Of a DNA stretch of 64,000 bases, positions 46,451 through 60,700 are shown piece after piece. The DNA comes from Saccostrea echinata (taxonomy: Eukaryota), in NCBI RefSeq assembly GCF_033153115.1, contig NW_026889779.1:16554001-16618000 (forward strand), read 5' to 3'. Every line of letters begins with the position of its first letter. Positions within the stretch are counted from its first letter, which is position 1. The translations under genes were made by a program, and so were the position numbers. The notes beneath the pieces were generated by a model that saw nothing but the letters and a program-made list of their open reading frames with translations, was not told the origin of the DNA and searched no databases.

Positions 46451-48797
46451 TTAAAATGTCATGCAGTGATCAAAAGGATAATTTTCAAATATTTTAAATG
46501 TTGATATTGGTTTCATGCATGCATCTTTATTCCCTTTTTACTTCAATCTCTAGTAGCATGTAAAGTATTTCACTTGTTGAGATATGTATGGAATATGTGT
46601 GTTCTTCTTTTATCATGTTTATTCTACAGCAATAAGAAGTCAATTTTCTTGCTGAAGGGAGACCTTTCTATGATGGAATGGATGATGTTAGTGAGGATGC
46701 TGATAACTTACATATATGAAGTTACCAGGGGTACTTATTACAGTATTGAGTCTCCTCAGGCTCTGATGGAGGCAGGAAGATCAGATAGCAATGCTGTTAG
46801 CATTGTTGCATAATCAGCTATTCTTTGATCCAACGGACACGGCCATCAAACAAGTGAAAGGTAGGAATAATGATATTTATACTGACATTTACAGAAGAAA
46901 GATGAACCTACATATGAATGCATTAATATGACAATTTGTCAAATGGCAACATAGGTATGATTTACAAAACTGAAGACCAACTTCTATTCAGGTGTGAGAA
47001 ATCTGAGTTTGATGACTGCTAAGCTTCACTATCCTTGGTTATACAAGCTGCGTTTAGTCGTAGGGTATCATGAGATCCCTACCATGCAACACTACCTGAA
47101 TATTTGAAAGAAAAAATTACTCATTGCCTTCTTTACGTAAAGAAAAAAAAAATAAAGTGTTCAAACATTTCTCAGTTGAAAGTAATTTTATATATTCAGA
47201 AGGTCTCTATATTTAGTCTTGTACTCAGCACTTTCAGCCATTGAACAGTGACCTTTTTTCAAAGCTGCTGTCAAAAAAAAAATGTTTACCTACCTACCTA
47301 CCCAACTTGAGATTTTAGGGTTGGGTTAGGGGAAATAAAGATATTTTTGATGATGGCCTTATTTAAAAATTATATGTCATTGAGACAGTTCCCATCGTAA
47401 TGATTCCCTAACAATCTGGTTTTAGCTTGACCTTTATGTTAGAATCTTTTTTTTCAAGGTCATATCACACTTCTCGCTTTCAATTTTTCTTACAAATGTT
47501 TTTAAATGTTGCAGAGTGGTGTTCATTCTTCATTGAAGAAATTATTAACTAAGATGTAAAAAGTATTATGTAATTTATATGCATGTGCTTTTAAGGTTCA
47601 TTAATACTCTGATTAGAAAGATAACTCTTAATGACATAAATGTTTATTATTCCTTTATAAATTTGTCAAGTTGAAATGTCTTTTTTGCCCAATTTTTGCC
47701 CTGAAAGCTATGAAAAATGATACACTGTACTAAAATTGTTGTTAATAATGTGCATTTGACAGGCATAATTTTGGTATCATTTAATTAACAAACATTGATT
47801 TTTTTGGGGATAGAACACTTGTAATATAAACTTATATTAAAAAGTAAATTTTCCCTTAAGTTGTTAAAGCGGTCTAAAAGGTGTGACTAAAGTAAGGTGA
47901 TCACACATCCTTTTCACGAGATGCTAATAAATAACGTCAAACAGATTGTGTCATGTTATTAAATGTATTGATGTCTCAGTGTACATTTGACACTAGTTAT
48001 GTGGGTGAGTAATTGTAAGGTAAGAATGTAGATATATTGATGAAAATGTAATGATATTATAGAAGATGCTAGCAGATAGTCTGGATTTTGCCAATACATG
48101 TAGCACACAGGGAATCCTTAATTAGAAAAGAAATGACATTTGTTTAGATATTGTGGACTCTGTATGGAGTTTATAGATTTGATTTAATGACTGTATATAA
48201 ATATATTGTAGGATAAAATGGGCCAATATTGAAAGGATCAGCAGAGCTTATTTGGAGACGGACAGAGACAAGCCATTTACAAATTACATCATTCCACATT
48301 CATGTTTTAAATGGTTTAGAGAAAGCTTGTAATGTAAATGTGAATTATGTGTCGTATCAATAGAAAAACTAGCTTCATTGCATTGTTTATGAGTGTCACT
48401 GTGTATTGATCCAAATGAGTATAAAACCATGGAAATTATTTCTGTCTGCATAGTTTAAGTATTGAAAGCAAGAGGGATGTCTCTTGGAATGGCACTGAAT
48501 TATAGCCATAAGTAGATGGTTGGAGATTTCAACAACTATGAATTATTGATCTATCTCAGTTCAATACACAACCCCATAAATACTGATCAGAAATACCTTT
48601 TAAAACACATTTTTTGAATGGGAGCAACTCTCTGCTGTCTTGCTCTTCAGGTGCCTTGCAGTCGCTAATAAGGTGTATCAAATACTTTTGTCCTTAAGGT
48701 GCCCAGAGATGCCACCTCAGTTTAGGGGAGGACAGCAATAGTGAAAATTTTCAAGGTATTACTTCTCGATCCTTTGGAAGTGTCACCTTAATGGACT

Positions 48798-51700
48798 ATG
48801 GGCAAGCAGCAGAGTAAACTGGACTCGACGGAATTAAAGGAGCTGCTAGACTGCACATACTGTGAGTAAGATATTGGTCAGATACAACTAGTGTCAATTA
48901 ATGCATGAAATGTATAGTATTCGTATTGACTTAAAACTGTTTCAGAAAATGATTATTGGGGAACACTGCTGAAATTGATTCTGGTGTAATTGCGGGGAAT
49001 AAGAGATTTTTTTATATAGAACCTGCCAGTTTTATTTGGAATTTTATTGTGTTTTCAGACTCTGATGAAATTAACCGAATAAATCTAAGATATTTATGAA
49101 ATCAATTTCAACTAATTTATTTTTTCAATGAAATATAGGCATGTTTTGATGAAAACCTTTTCATTTAAAATGTATTGATATTATGTAAATAAAAAATTGA
49201 AATGCCTGAAGATTTGAAAAGGAATCTGATGCTTTGATTATAAGTCCAAGTTATTGAAATAGAAATAGCAACCAAGATTTAGAAAGATCAACCAACAGCA
49301 CATTTATGATAAAATGGTTTAAATAATTGAAATTCACATGATAAAATGGTTCAAATAGTTGAAATTCAGATGATAAATTGGTTTAAATAGTTGAAATTCA
49401 CATGATAAAATGGTTTAAATAGTTGAAATTCACATGATAAAGTGGTTTAAATAATTGAAATCTACAAGTTAATGGTCACACTACTGATAAAAAATTAATA
49501 TTTCTAATTGATTATAAACTTAGATACCAGTATTTTATGAATGTTGGTTTTCATTATATATTGTTTAGATAAGTTTCAAATATATTGTTGAAACAAATGA
49601 ATATGCTGTTAGAATGGTAGCTAGGTGCCCTAAATTCTTATAAAGTAGAAGATAGTGACTCACAGTAATGAAGTATGCATTCATGACAAGTATTCTTATA
49701 ATGAAGTACTGTCAAACCTCATTATCTCAAACTGAAAGAGACCAAGAAAAAAAACTTCAAGATAGGCCTATCCATATTTTTGAAATATTGAGGTTAAAAT
49801 ACAATTAGAAAATGGTGGATGGGATTTTCAAATCACTTCAACATATCCATGGTAATCTAGATAACAGAGTTCAAGATACTGAAGTTCAACTGTAATACTT
49901 TATTATTTCTTTGTTAGAAGAATATATCAGCTGGATAAAACCTTTTAAAGATATAAGTATTGAATAAGTACAACAACTGGACACCATAATTTAGGCTCCT
50001 TAAAACCTGTATTTAATGACTAATATTGTGTTATTTATAGTGATTATTTTTTGGTAATCACACATATTGGATTATTAATGTAGGAACCTCTTATATTAGA
50101 ATCAAATTCATACACTTCCATATTAATCTTCTCAGAATCTCGTGGAGGCCTTAATTAATATATACTTCTTTTCATTTCTATCATAAGATATCTCATAATT
50201 ACCCAGTAATTCCTGTATTGTGCAAGCACCTGCCATATGAGAATTTTTCAGAGTTTCCCCTAAGAGGTCAATGAATACAGGTTTGACTATACAATGAATG
50301 TACTTTTTGAAAAAGATTTTATATAATACTATAAAGGACTGCACAATTCCAAAAATTAAAAGTTTGGCATGTCTTCAAAAGTGTTTTTTTTTAAGTAAAT
50401 ATGATGGATATTAAATGCTGAATCTCTTTAGTTATAAAAGTTTTTATGATGATTATATCTTCAAAGAATTTAATTAGATTCATTTGATAAGTCAGTCAAT
50501 TTATGTATATATTTGAATTTTATCCAGATCAATTCCACTAGTCATAAGAGCCCTTTAATGAATGCCTGGTACTCATTTGCTAGAAGATAATATGGATACA
50601 GACTTACGTTGATGAACTATAAAGATGTCCTAACTGAAATGTCAAACTGCTTTTTCAAAATTGTCAGTGGAAATAGAATTGTCATAAAATATTAGTAATA
50701 GCCTGATCAACCCCTAATTGGCCGCCTACAGTAAGATGAATACTTTTGTTGATATGGTAATGAAAAAATCACAAAATATTGTAATGTTTGTTGGATTTTC
50801 AAACACCCGGAGGACTAGGATTGGTTACAGTGATAAAAATCAAATGTGCCTCTGGTCTTGTCTGGTAATGTATTTGGTAACAAAGTTTTTTCTCAATTTT
50901 TGCATCACTCGGCTTTGTTGTTCTCTGACCTTACCATGGAGGGGAGCATTGATTTCTTATAATAGGAATTAAATCATTAGACAGTGATGGGGGAAATGGC
51001 TGCAGCCCTTTACTGTTGATGAGTTTCCACAAATTGATTTAGAAGGTCTGACAAATATGAAATAAATTTGTTTTTGTATACTGTCAAAAATGAGAAACTT
51101 AGGATTGTTCAGGAATTGTAAATAGGCTCTACGTTCAGAAAGGGCTAGGCATTATCATTCCTAAATATTGACAGTGCTATTTCCCAGTTTTGAAAGAAAA
51201 AAATTGAGTTGTTATTGTTCATACTATTTATGAATTCTTTATCTGTGTGAGTTCCTTTAAGGACGCAGCTGAGAATACCTCAGTTGCAGTTAATAGAAAG
51301 CAGAAATACACCATTTAATTTTCTTACAAAAGGAAGTAGACAATAAGATATAGAAATCATTTTTGTTTGTACAGTATTCATTTTATTAAATCTAATTAAC
51401 AACTGTCAGGTAATTTAATGATTTAAAGAACTGGTCATTCAATCGTCAAGGTCTCATTTTTATAATACCCCTCACAAACAAAGCAAGGTAAGGGGGTCAT
51501 ATAGAAATGACATTTTGTCTCTGTAGATCTTTTTTTTCCTTGAAGCCTGTTTAGACCACGGCTTTATTATGGAAAAGTATTGAAATGAAGGCTTTTAAAA
51601 ATTACTAATGACCTAGCTGAGTTTGTACTTGATCTTGATTATTGCTAAGAATAAAAGCCGCATGACCTTGACATGGATGATAATAACAATGCTGTAGATA

Positions 51701-54700
51701 CAACCTTTGTTTTTCCAGCACTTACATTTTGCGCTCTGCTTGTTAAACAGTGCAGTTGAATTTGTCAAAACTTCTCAATACTCATATAATTTTGACTCAT
51801 TATGTCTCTTTAAGGGAAACATTGGAAACCTACACAAATATTTCTATGACTTGAGGATTTGCTAGGACCAAGGTCACTTTGACAAGTTAAGCAGGCATAA
51901 ACACCAATTTTGATGAAACTTTGCTCATTATTATATTTTGATACCAGAAACATAAATCTGCCAAAATTCAATTGCTGTGTATCAATCCTAGTTGCCTTGG
52001 TAACAGCTGTAAGAATTTCAAAAATTGAGATTTACAGCTTCTTTGAATCCTTATTGAGCCTTAAGAAGGACAAAGAAACCATATTGACCACAAAACATTA
52101 TACCAAGGTGTCACTTATGATGTAAAGAAATTCTTTGGAATAAATCTCAAAATAGGTAGTACTGTGGCTACATTTGGCATACATTTTATATATGCTGTAA
52201 AATGCTCAGTATTTACTTGTTAATGCAGTTACGTGATTAAACTTAATCACCAATGGTAAAGAAACAATGAAAATAGTTTAACTTGTTTTAATAGGTTACA
52301 GAAGTATTATTGAAATATCAAATATAATGGTTACCATGGTAACCAGCATAGCAACACACAATTTGTGGCTTAAGGTGCGGTCACACGATGCAATTTTTCA
52401 TTCGATTTTCATTCGACTTGCTCAGGTAAGTCGATTGGAGTCGATTGGTGGGGTGGTCACACGCAAGATTTTACATTCAATTTACAAACGATTTTGACAA
52501 GAAATGAACAGGTACTTGTTTTTTTTTTTTAGTTTTTAGTTTGAAGTAGTTCTGATTATAGTAATAAACCTAAAAAGCATCATTATGAAATATTTTTTCC
52601 CTTCATTCTGTTTAATATTACGTCATTTGCCCCATTATGACGTTTATGCTGACGTAATCTACAAGTTATGTCTGTTATCACTTTACAAGATAAGAAAACA
52701 TACCGCATGAAAAGAACTTGTCCGAAGTATCTGATGTTTTCCAGGGTTTTTAAACTGACTAATAAAGGAAAACACGTATTTTTTTTTCATTTCGGAATAA
52801 AAAGTTTTTTAAAAAGAACCTGCACTAGACTTTCGATGACAAGAAAGGTAAAATAGCTACGTCGCAAAAGTTTAAACTTTTTTCCGTTGACCAGCAGTTG
52901 AAACAATATTATTAAAAACATTTGATATATCGCCTTTTTATTTTCACAAATTACTGTAGGTGAAATATTTACAGAACAATGATTACTATGTGTATATGTA
53001 AAATGCGTGACTGGGTACACAGTAAATCAAATTCATCAGACGCTCCAATAATTAAGTTAATCAAAATTTTAATAAAGGTAACTTTTTGGTAGGTAAGTAA
53101 AGAATGTTACCATATTACCTTCCTAAAAATAATGATAATAATAATAATAAAATAAATTGAAAAAAATCAGACTTAAAAACTTCCCTGATGATATGTAAAC
53201 TAATCATTAATTTTTAAAAAGAATTTAACATTGATTTTTTAATTTTTTTTTTTTGGGGGGGGGGTTCAATTTATTCACTCAAACCAAAGTACATAAGTTA
53301 CAAAATTAATAACATACAAACATATATACAGTAGTTAGAGGTACATGTACAATGCTATGTCACGTCGAAGTGAGAAGAAATAAGTAAGATAATTCAAGGA
53401 GAAAAGACAGCAACGTAATTTCTCCTAATAAACATAAATAGTTTTTTCAGTCTTTTTTTGTTAGTAGTTCCATATATAAGGAGAGTAGGGACCTTAACAG
53501 AGGAGTAAAAATTAAAAACCTAATCTAGTTAATCTTAGTACTGTACTTTTTTGTGAGTTCTAGACAATTAAAATCTACCATTTTAAATTATTCTACACGT
53601 TAACATATATATACATGAAATAAGTGGAATCTCTTGACGAATGCTTATTACTAGAATCCATGCAAATACTTGAAAAAACTACTTGTTCATATTATTGATA
53701 GGATTGGGTAGTTTACGCAGCGTCAAGTCCAACGTATCTCGCCGTAAACCCCTAGCATGCTGGAGTACTGATATGCTGTGTACCACTGATCTTAATTTAT
53801 AGCAACATATAAGCATATGAAACATCTAATTTTAATTACATTTATAAACATTAAAGCTGGTTTTAAAAGTTTAGCTAAAACTTCTTCTTTTTTTTTTTTT
53901 TTAGATAAATGCGATGATTTGAATCAAGCTAAATCTATGATATTCAAAACAAAAACATCTTTGATCATAAATGGCATTCTATAAACACGTGAATCTCTGT
54001 GCTCGCAAACTATGGTAAAATAATAGTTCATGACTTGTATGCTTTACAAAATTACCCATTTGTACCCAGTAATTGCCATTTACTGGGTATCCTTATATAT
54101 TGTTAATTAATAATTTATACATTCATTATAGATGACAAAAATAACGACCATTCATTTCGCGTCGCGGGAAATGTCATTGTGACATCACGATTTTCACTGG
54201 AAAGTCGATTGTAAAATCGGACGCCATCCGATTTCCAATCGACTTTCAGATTTTGCTTTCGACTTTCGACTTTGGTGGTCACACGGTACAATTTTAGTCG
54301 AAAGCAAATCGAATGGAAAAATCGGATGAAAAATCGAATGAAAAATCACATCGTGTGACCGCACCTTTAGTTTTGAGTACTACTGCCATCTAGTGGAGAC
54401 ATGGAGAATTGAAACGGCCAAAAATGTATCATTCGGACCCTGTATCACAGACAACATAAAGAAAATTAGGAAGTTTTTACTACATTATGGTAACCATAGA
54501 AACAACACAGTAGTGGTTTAAAGTAATTATTTCTTTCTAGTCAGGGTAGTTATTTAAATATCATTTGAAATGTTTTGGAAATTATGTACAAGGGTATTAT
54601 ACAAGAAAACTGAATACTTTTCAGAATTGTTGATACACATTTTTCATATAATTTCCATAGCAACCCTCTACTTTTAGAATAACTTTTGAACTTTTTCATA

Positions 54701-57700
54701 TGTAGAAATTAAGAAAACACCATTGCCTTTAAAAATAAATTTCCAGTTATATTGAAATGTGCTCTGTAAAAATTACAAAACATACAGTTAATTTGAAATC
54801 ATTTTTCAGTATTACCGTCATAGCAAATTTTGCCAACCAATAAAAGATATCCCAATTCTTCCTTTTAAATATTTCACAAAAATCTTTCTCTATCATTTGG
54901 TTACATTACATCTTATGATTGCTTTTTATTTTGTGAATGCTATTTTAGGGCATGTTACCATTTTACCATGACACACAGCAACCAATTTTTGCCTGATTGA
55001 GTTTATGGTATCAAATACTTTTATCATCATAAGTTTGAAGAAAATCTGTGACTATGTGTGCCACGGCTCCTATATAAGAGTCGAAGTAATAACAGGAAAT
55101 GACTCTTAAAGGTCACTAGAGGAAGGATGTACCATTCCTATTTGGCACACATTATTTGGCACACATTTTTAGCTCACCTCAACAAAGTTGGGGGAGCTTA
55201 TGTAATACCCTCAGCCTCAGTGTCAGCATCCCAGGTTAAATGTTTTGGAGCAAATTTCTTTTCAAGTACTCCTATGCCCTATTTGATCAGAAATGCATGG
55301 ATGATGCTTCTGGTATGTTTCATTGTACCAGTCAGGTTTCAGACATCAAGAATGACCAGGTTTATGTTTTTGGAGCTGGTTACAGTTTTTGGAGCAGGTC
55401 TTACTTCCAAGTAACTATAGGCCAACTTGCATGGATGATACATCTAAGGATGCACACTACCAGACTTGCTTCAGATTACCTACATTACCTACATTTTCCA
55501 GGTGAGTGACCAGGTTAAAGTTTTTGGAGCAGGTTCATTCTAAAGTAACCATAAACCATAAACCTTATGTTGACCAAACTTGCAGGGATGTGCACACTAG
55601 CAGACATGCTTCAGATGCTGGATTTTACCTACATTTTCTGGATGCATGACCAGGTTAAAGTTTTTGAAGCAGGTCCGTTACGGAGAAACTATAAAGCCTA
55701 CCTGAACCAAACTTGCATGGATGATGCATCAAGGAATGCACACTACCAGAGTTGCTTTGGATGCTGGGTTTGACATTTTCCAGATGAGTGACCAGGTTAA
55801 AGTTTTTGGAGCAGGTTCAATCCAGTGTAACTTCAAGTCCTATCTGGACCAAACTTAGATGGAATTTTGCATCTTGGAATGCACACTATTTGACTTGCTT
55901 TGGATGCTGAATTTGACTTACATTTTCCAGATGAGTGACCAAGTTAATGGTTTTGGAGCATGTTCATTCTAGTTTAATTTTAAGCCTTTTATAGAGCAAA
56001 TTTGTATTGATGATACTTGTAGGGATGAAGACTACCAGACTTATTTTGGATGCTGGACCTGACATATGCTCATATGTCAAATTTGAGTATATATGTGAAT
56101 ATCCCTTATATGTGAAAAAAAATCATCCCATCAAAAGGTTCAGCTAAAGCTAAGAACATTTTTTGACTGACAGTTGGACAAACAGACACAGTGGCAAACA
56201 AAAATATTTCTCTTTTTCTGTGATCAATTTCATGAGACAAGACATTTCTCTGACTATGAAATTCAATATTGATCAAATTTTCTTCATCCAATACAGCTTC
56301 AGTTTTCATGGATTATGCTTTCTCTATATCCTTTTTTAAGAATGGCATAGAAGAATTAGATGTTGTTGGAGATCTGTCCCTGCATATGTGTAATTTGATA
56401 ATGATTATGTTTAATATTTTTAATGAGTAAATTGCTGAATACAGGTTGTCACATTTCAATAATCAGTATTGCTGCATTGTCTGTCATTATGACAGAATTT
56501 ACATTAACTTTGCAGTTTTTGCAGTTTGCAACTCAGGTGATTTCCACTGACCAACAAATTAACAGTGTCATATATAAAAAATATAATGCAATTAAATGAT
56601 TTAAAGACCCTCTATACACAGCACACGAAAGAATTCTAATTCAGTAAGAGTGATCTGCCCTTTGATCTAAGATGAAAAAAAAATTGATTAATTATCTACA
56701 TAAATTTCTCAGAAAAGCCATCTTCTGCAAACATTTAATAATCCTTAAGTGATACAGTATACAATTTCCATGATATAGTCAAATCACATTAACTCAATCT
56801 CATTGGGGCAGAGAAAAAACTTATAGATGTCCGAGGATGATATTGAGGTTAAAAAATATTAAGAAAAAGTGATGTTACTTGAAACTCACTTTGACCCATC
56901 CGAAATAGTTCGAAATATCAAAGTTCAACTGTTTACTGTTAATGTATTTTATCTGGCATGTGTGATATTCAACGGAAATTGATTTTTCAACAATTAGTTA
57001 GCATAGATTTAATTTAGCACTTTCTGAATGTGCTTTGTATGAATATTTATACACAAGACATTTACTAATGTACTTAATTTAGCAGAAGCTTTTTTCCTTG
57101 AAAGCTAAATTGAATACACGGCAAAATGTAATATGTTTACAGAATTTTAGTTTATTGTTGAAAATTCCTCATAATATATGAATATTGTTCAATATAACGA
57201 CTGTTCAGATGACCAACATTCAGCTTAATGAAAACTAATCACCAAAAGCAAAACCTGTTTATGTATCAAAGCAAATGATAAGAATTATAGCCCCATTTCC
57301 TCCTTTTAAAGGAGCATGACCACAGATTTGAAGTTCATAACTTTCAAAATTTTCAGTAAAATTTTATTACTTACATATCGCAAGAGCGTTTTAGATAGAT
57401 ACATCATAAAACCTGTTTAAAAACTTCCTTAATCAGAAAATTATCAAAACTACCACTTTTGGGCATGTTTGATTGTCATACGTCCTTGCAATTTCATGAA
57501 CTAAAACTTATCCTTAATATTCAAGGAAGGTGGGAAGTCTGAGGTCTATAAATAAAAAGTATTAAAAAAAATATATAAAAAGTCAAAAATTAAATTTAAG
57601 AAAGCATTAAACCAACGCACCATTGTTGTCAATTTATGGTCAGTAATGTGAGCAATATGTCAGCATGCACAATCAAACAAACCTAGTGAAAGAATTACAG

Positions 57701-60700
57701 GGCTCTTGCATATGTTTACAAACACAGGTCTTTGGTGTAAGGTTTTGAAAAATGCTGTTGTCATTGAGTATTAAGAATTTTCATGCAAGTACAAATCATA
57801 AAACAACCTATTTTTCAAATGAAAATGGAAATTAAAATTTTTAAATAAAACACTAATGCATTTAAATATGTCCATGTCCCTTTAAGCATTAGCATGCTAA
57901 ATTACCATTTCTGTCTACAGCAATTTGTAGCATCATTTATACAAAGAGTTTTAGTCATAAGTAATGTATCTGCATATGTGTAAACATACTCATGTAAACA
58001 TATCTGCATGGCTGTATAAATAATTAATGCACTTTGTACATATTTGCACCTTAAGTCAAGGGCATGTACAAATCTGTTTACTTATATGCAAAAGCAAATA
58101 TTGTGTGCTAAATGGTTTATCTATGGTGTTTCTTTATGGAGAAAGCTTTCAGTATAAGCCTAGCCTAAGCTTCTTTGGATGAATTAGGTCGGTCTCTTTC
58201 TTAATTCTTTAATTCTCCAACCATTGTTCATCATGTTTTATTCGAACATCATCTTGAACTAGAAGCTTTATAGTGGGGTTTCTTTTAATTTCATGCTCAC
58301 TGAAGCATAATACTGTAATCCCAATGCTCTATACATATGAGAGAATTCTCTTTCTCCAGTATGAAGCCATTTTGATGGAAATCATGATAGAAAAGTAATA
58401 AAATTCATGGTAGCTAGATTACACATATATTTACTCACAGTACATAAAATCACAGAAGAACACATAGTAAAATTTAACTTTTACACACTGGAAAAAATTT
58501 GCTCATGGGTAAATTTCTTGCCATATAAATACAGCAGTATTACTGAAGTTTGTACGAAAATATTCTTGAATGGATTTAAAACAACATAATCATATTTGTG
58601 CATAGTTGCCTACCTGTGATTGTTATTTTAGCTTTGAATAATTAAAAACTATGCAAGTAAAAACATATAATGGCATTTTTTAAAAGTGCATTTTTATTGA
58701 GTTTTAACTATTCATGATACTGTGCCAATTCTTGCAGCTTTAGCTTTAAGCATAAATTTCTAATGAGCATATCAGAAAACAAACAGTATGGGTATTGATT
58801 TGTCATGTTTCAATCTGTTAACACATCATCCTTAATGAAATATTAATACCTTAGTCTCTGTTAAACATCATATTTCTCTTATAATCAAGATTAAATGACA
58901 GATTAGTTGAAGATCTGCAATTATTAGATTTGACTTTCTTGGTCTGATATTCTGTCAGTCTTATAAGGCTTTTTATGGAATATATAGCTTTAGATAATAA
59001 ATGTATATCTAATAAATATGAATCTGGAAGATGTTTTTTTTTCATACTGCCAATCATGCAGTTTCCAGATCAGAAAAGGTTTATTTAGATTTAGGTCAAT
59101 GCTGAAGTTTTTAAGGCACCCAGTGTAGAATCTTTCTAAGATGGAATTTGCTTCTCTGTGGATCACAGTTGTATATTTATATATAAGTTAATTTTTTGCT
59201 CTACTTTTCTAAGAATTAGGAGAACTTATACAATGGTATCTGTGATCCATCTAATATTTGTTTGCTTGTGAACAATAGTTCAAAAATTGTTTTTCCACCT
59301 ACATTTTTTGGTATATGTTGGTAAAACTTTGAATAGGAGTTTTAAATATTGTAAGATACAATTTTTTGGCATTGATTTTTTAAATTTTGATGAAAAATGT
59401 TACAATTGTTGCTAAAAAAATGTGTTGTAAATATTTCTAGAACAAAATTTGTTTACTTACTAGCAGTTCCTATATTGCTATTCCAAAATATTTTTACATG
59501 ATACTTATTTCTCTGTTTGGTTTAAAACTGGAATTAAAAAAAAATTTTTTTGTTTACAGCAAGATAAAAAAGAAAATATTATTTGTATTAATTTTATTCC
59601 TATTAAAAATGGTAGGTCTGAACCAGTAGAGCTACAGTCTCTTTAAAGACTCATTAGCACTTGAATGTTGATGATTCTTGTGGTTTGAATGTTCCAGTTA
59701 ATAGGCTATGGCACTTGATGTTATTGAATTTTCTTATGATAAAAGAGTATACCCCAACCTAGGTAGGGATTACAGTATATTTTCTATTATAAGAAAAATA
59801 AATAATATCAGTAGGGGGTATATTCTATTATCGTAAGAAAAATAAATAACATCAGGTGCCTCTAAGTAGGGGGGTTATATTTTTATCATAAGAAAAAAAA
59901 ATATAAGGTGCCTTTGTATGAAACTTGTGGACAAATACTTGTAAAATACAATTATTTATTATACCTCTACTGTTATTACTCTATATAAAATTAATACCAT
60001 AAAACTGTCTATATCCCTGAGAAGATACTATTTACCCTCATCTGAGGACTAGTCCCTGAAAAATCGGATCTACTCTCTTGGACTATTCCTCATGAATATA
60101 TATTAATAATTTTAACCAATTAAAATGAACAGTGGGTGGAGCATTCAAGGAATCTCGAGTCTGTGACGTAATGTTATCAGCAATGTAACTATGACGTCAA
60201 AACATTTCAACATGGGATGTCAAAATCATACTAGAATTCTAGCAAAATGAAGACAACGATAATCCTTCGAAGTGTCAGTGAAATTATTTCATATTTTTTA
60301 ATAATTTTATTTTCCTCAGTATTGATGCATTAGTTATCTTACAATATTTTTAATCACATGCATTTGTGATTATTTAAATGCCTCTATATTGTTTTAAAAA
60401 ATGTCTGAGTCTCTAGTTTAATAAATCTCCCATGATTGTTTCGGTATAGTAAAACAGTTATGGAATGGGTATGAGGGAAATAGCAAATTTATGGTTCCCC
60501 TTGGCAGGAAACTATTTCCCTCGGCTGCTTAGCTGCCTAGGGAAATAGTTTCCTCCCTTGGGGAACCATAAATTTGCTATTTCCCTCATACCCATTCCAT
60601 AACTGTATAATACATGTAGATTATTATTTCCATAACTTGAATTTTGAGGGAGTAACTATCTTCTTGTTTGTTGTTTGTGACCGTTAATGTTGATTTAATG

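Noticed and set aside
52373-54366. Autonomous Harbinger transposase
   Set aside because: The interior is AT-rich with no DDE or Myb/SANT-like ORF.
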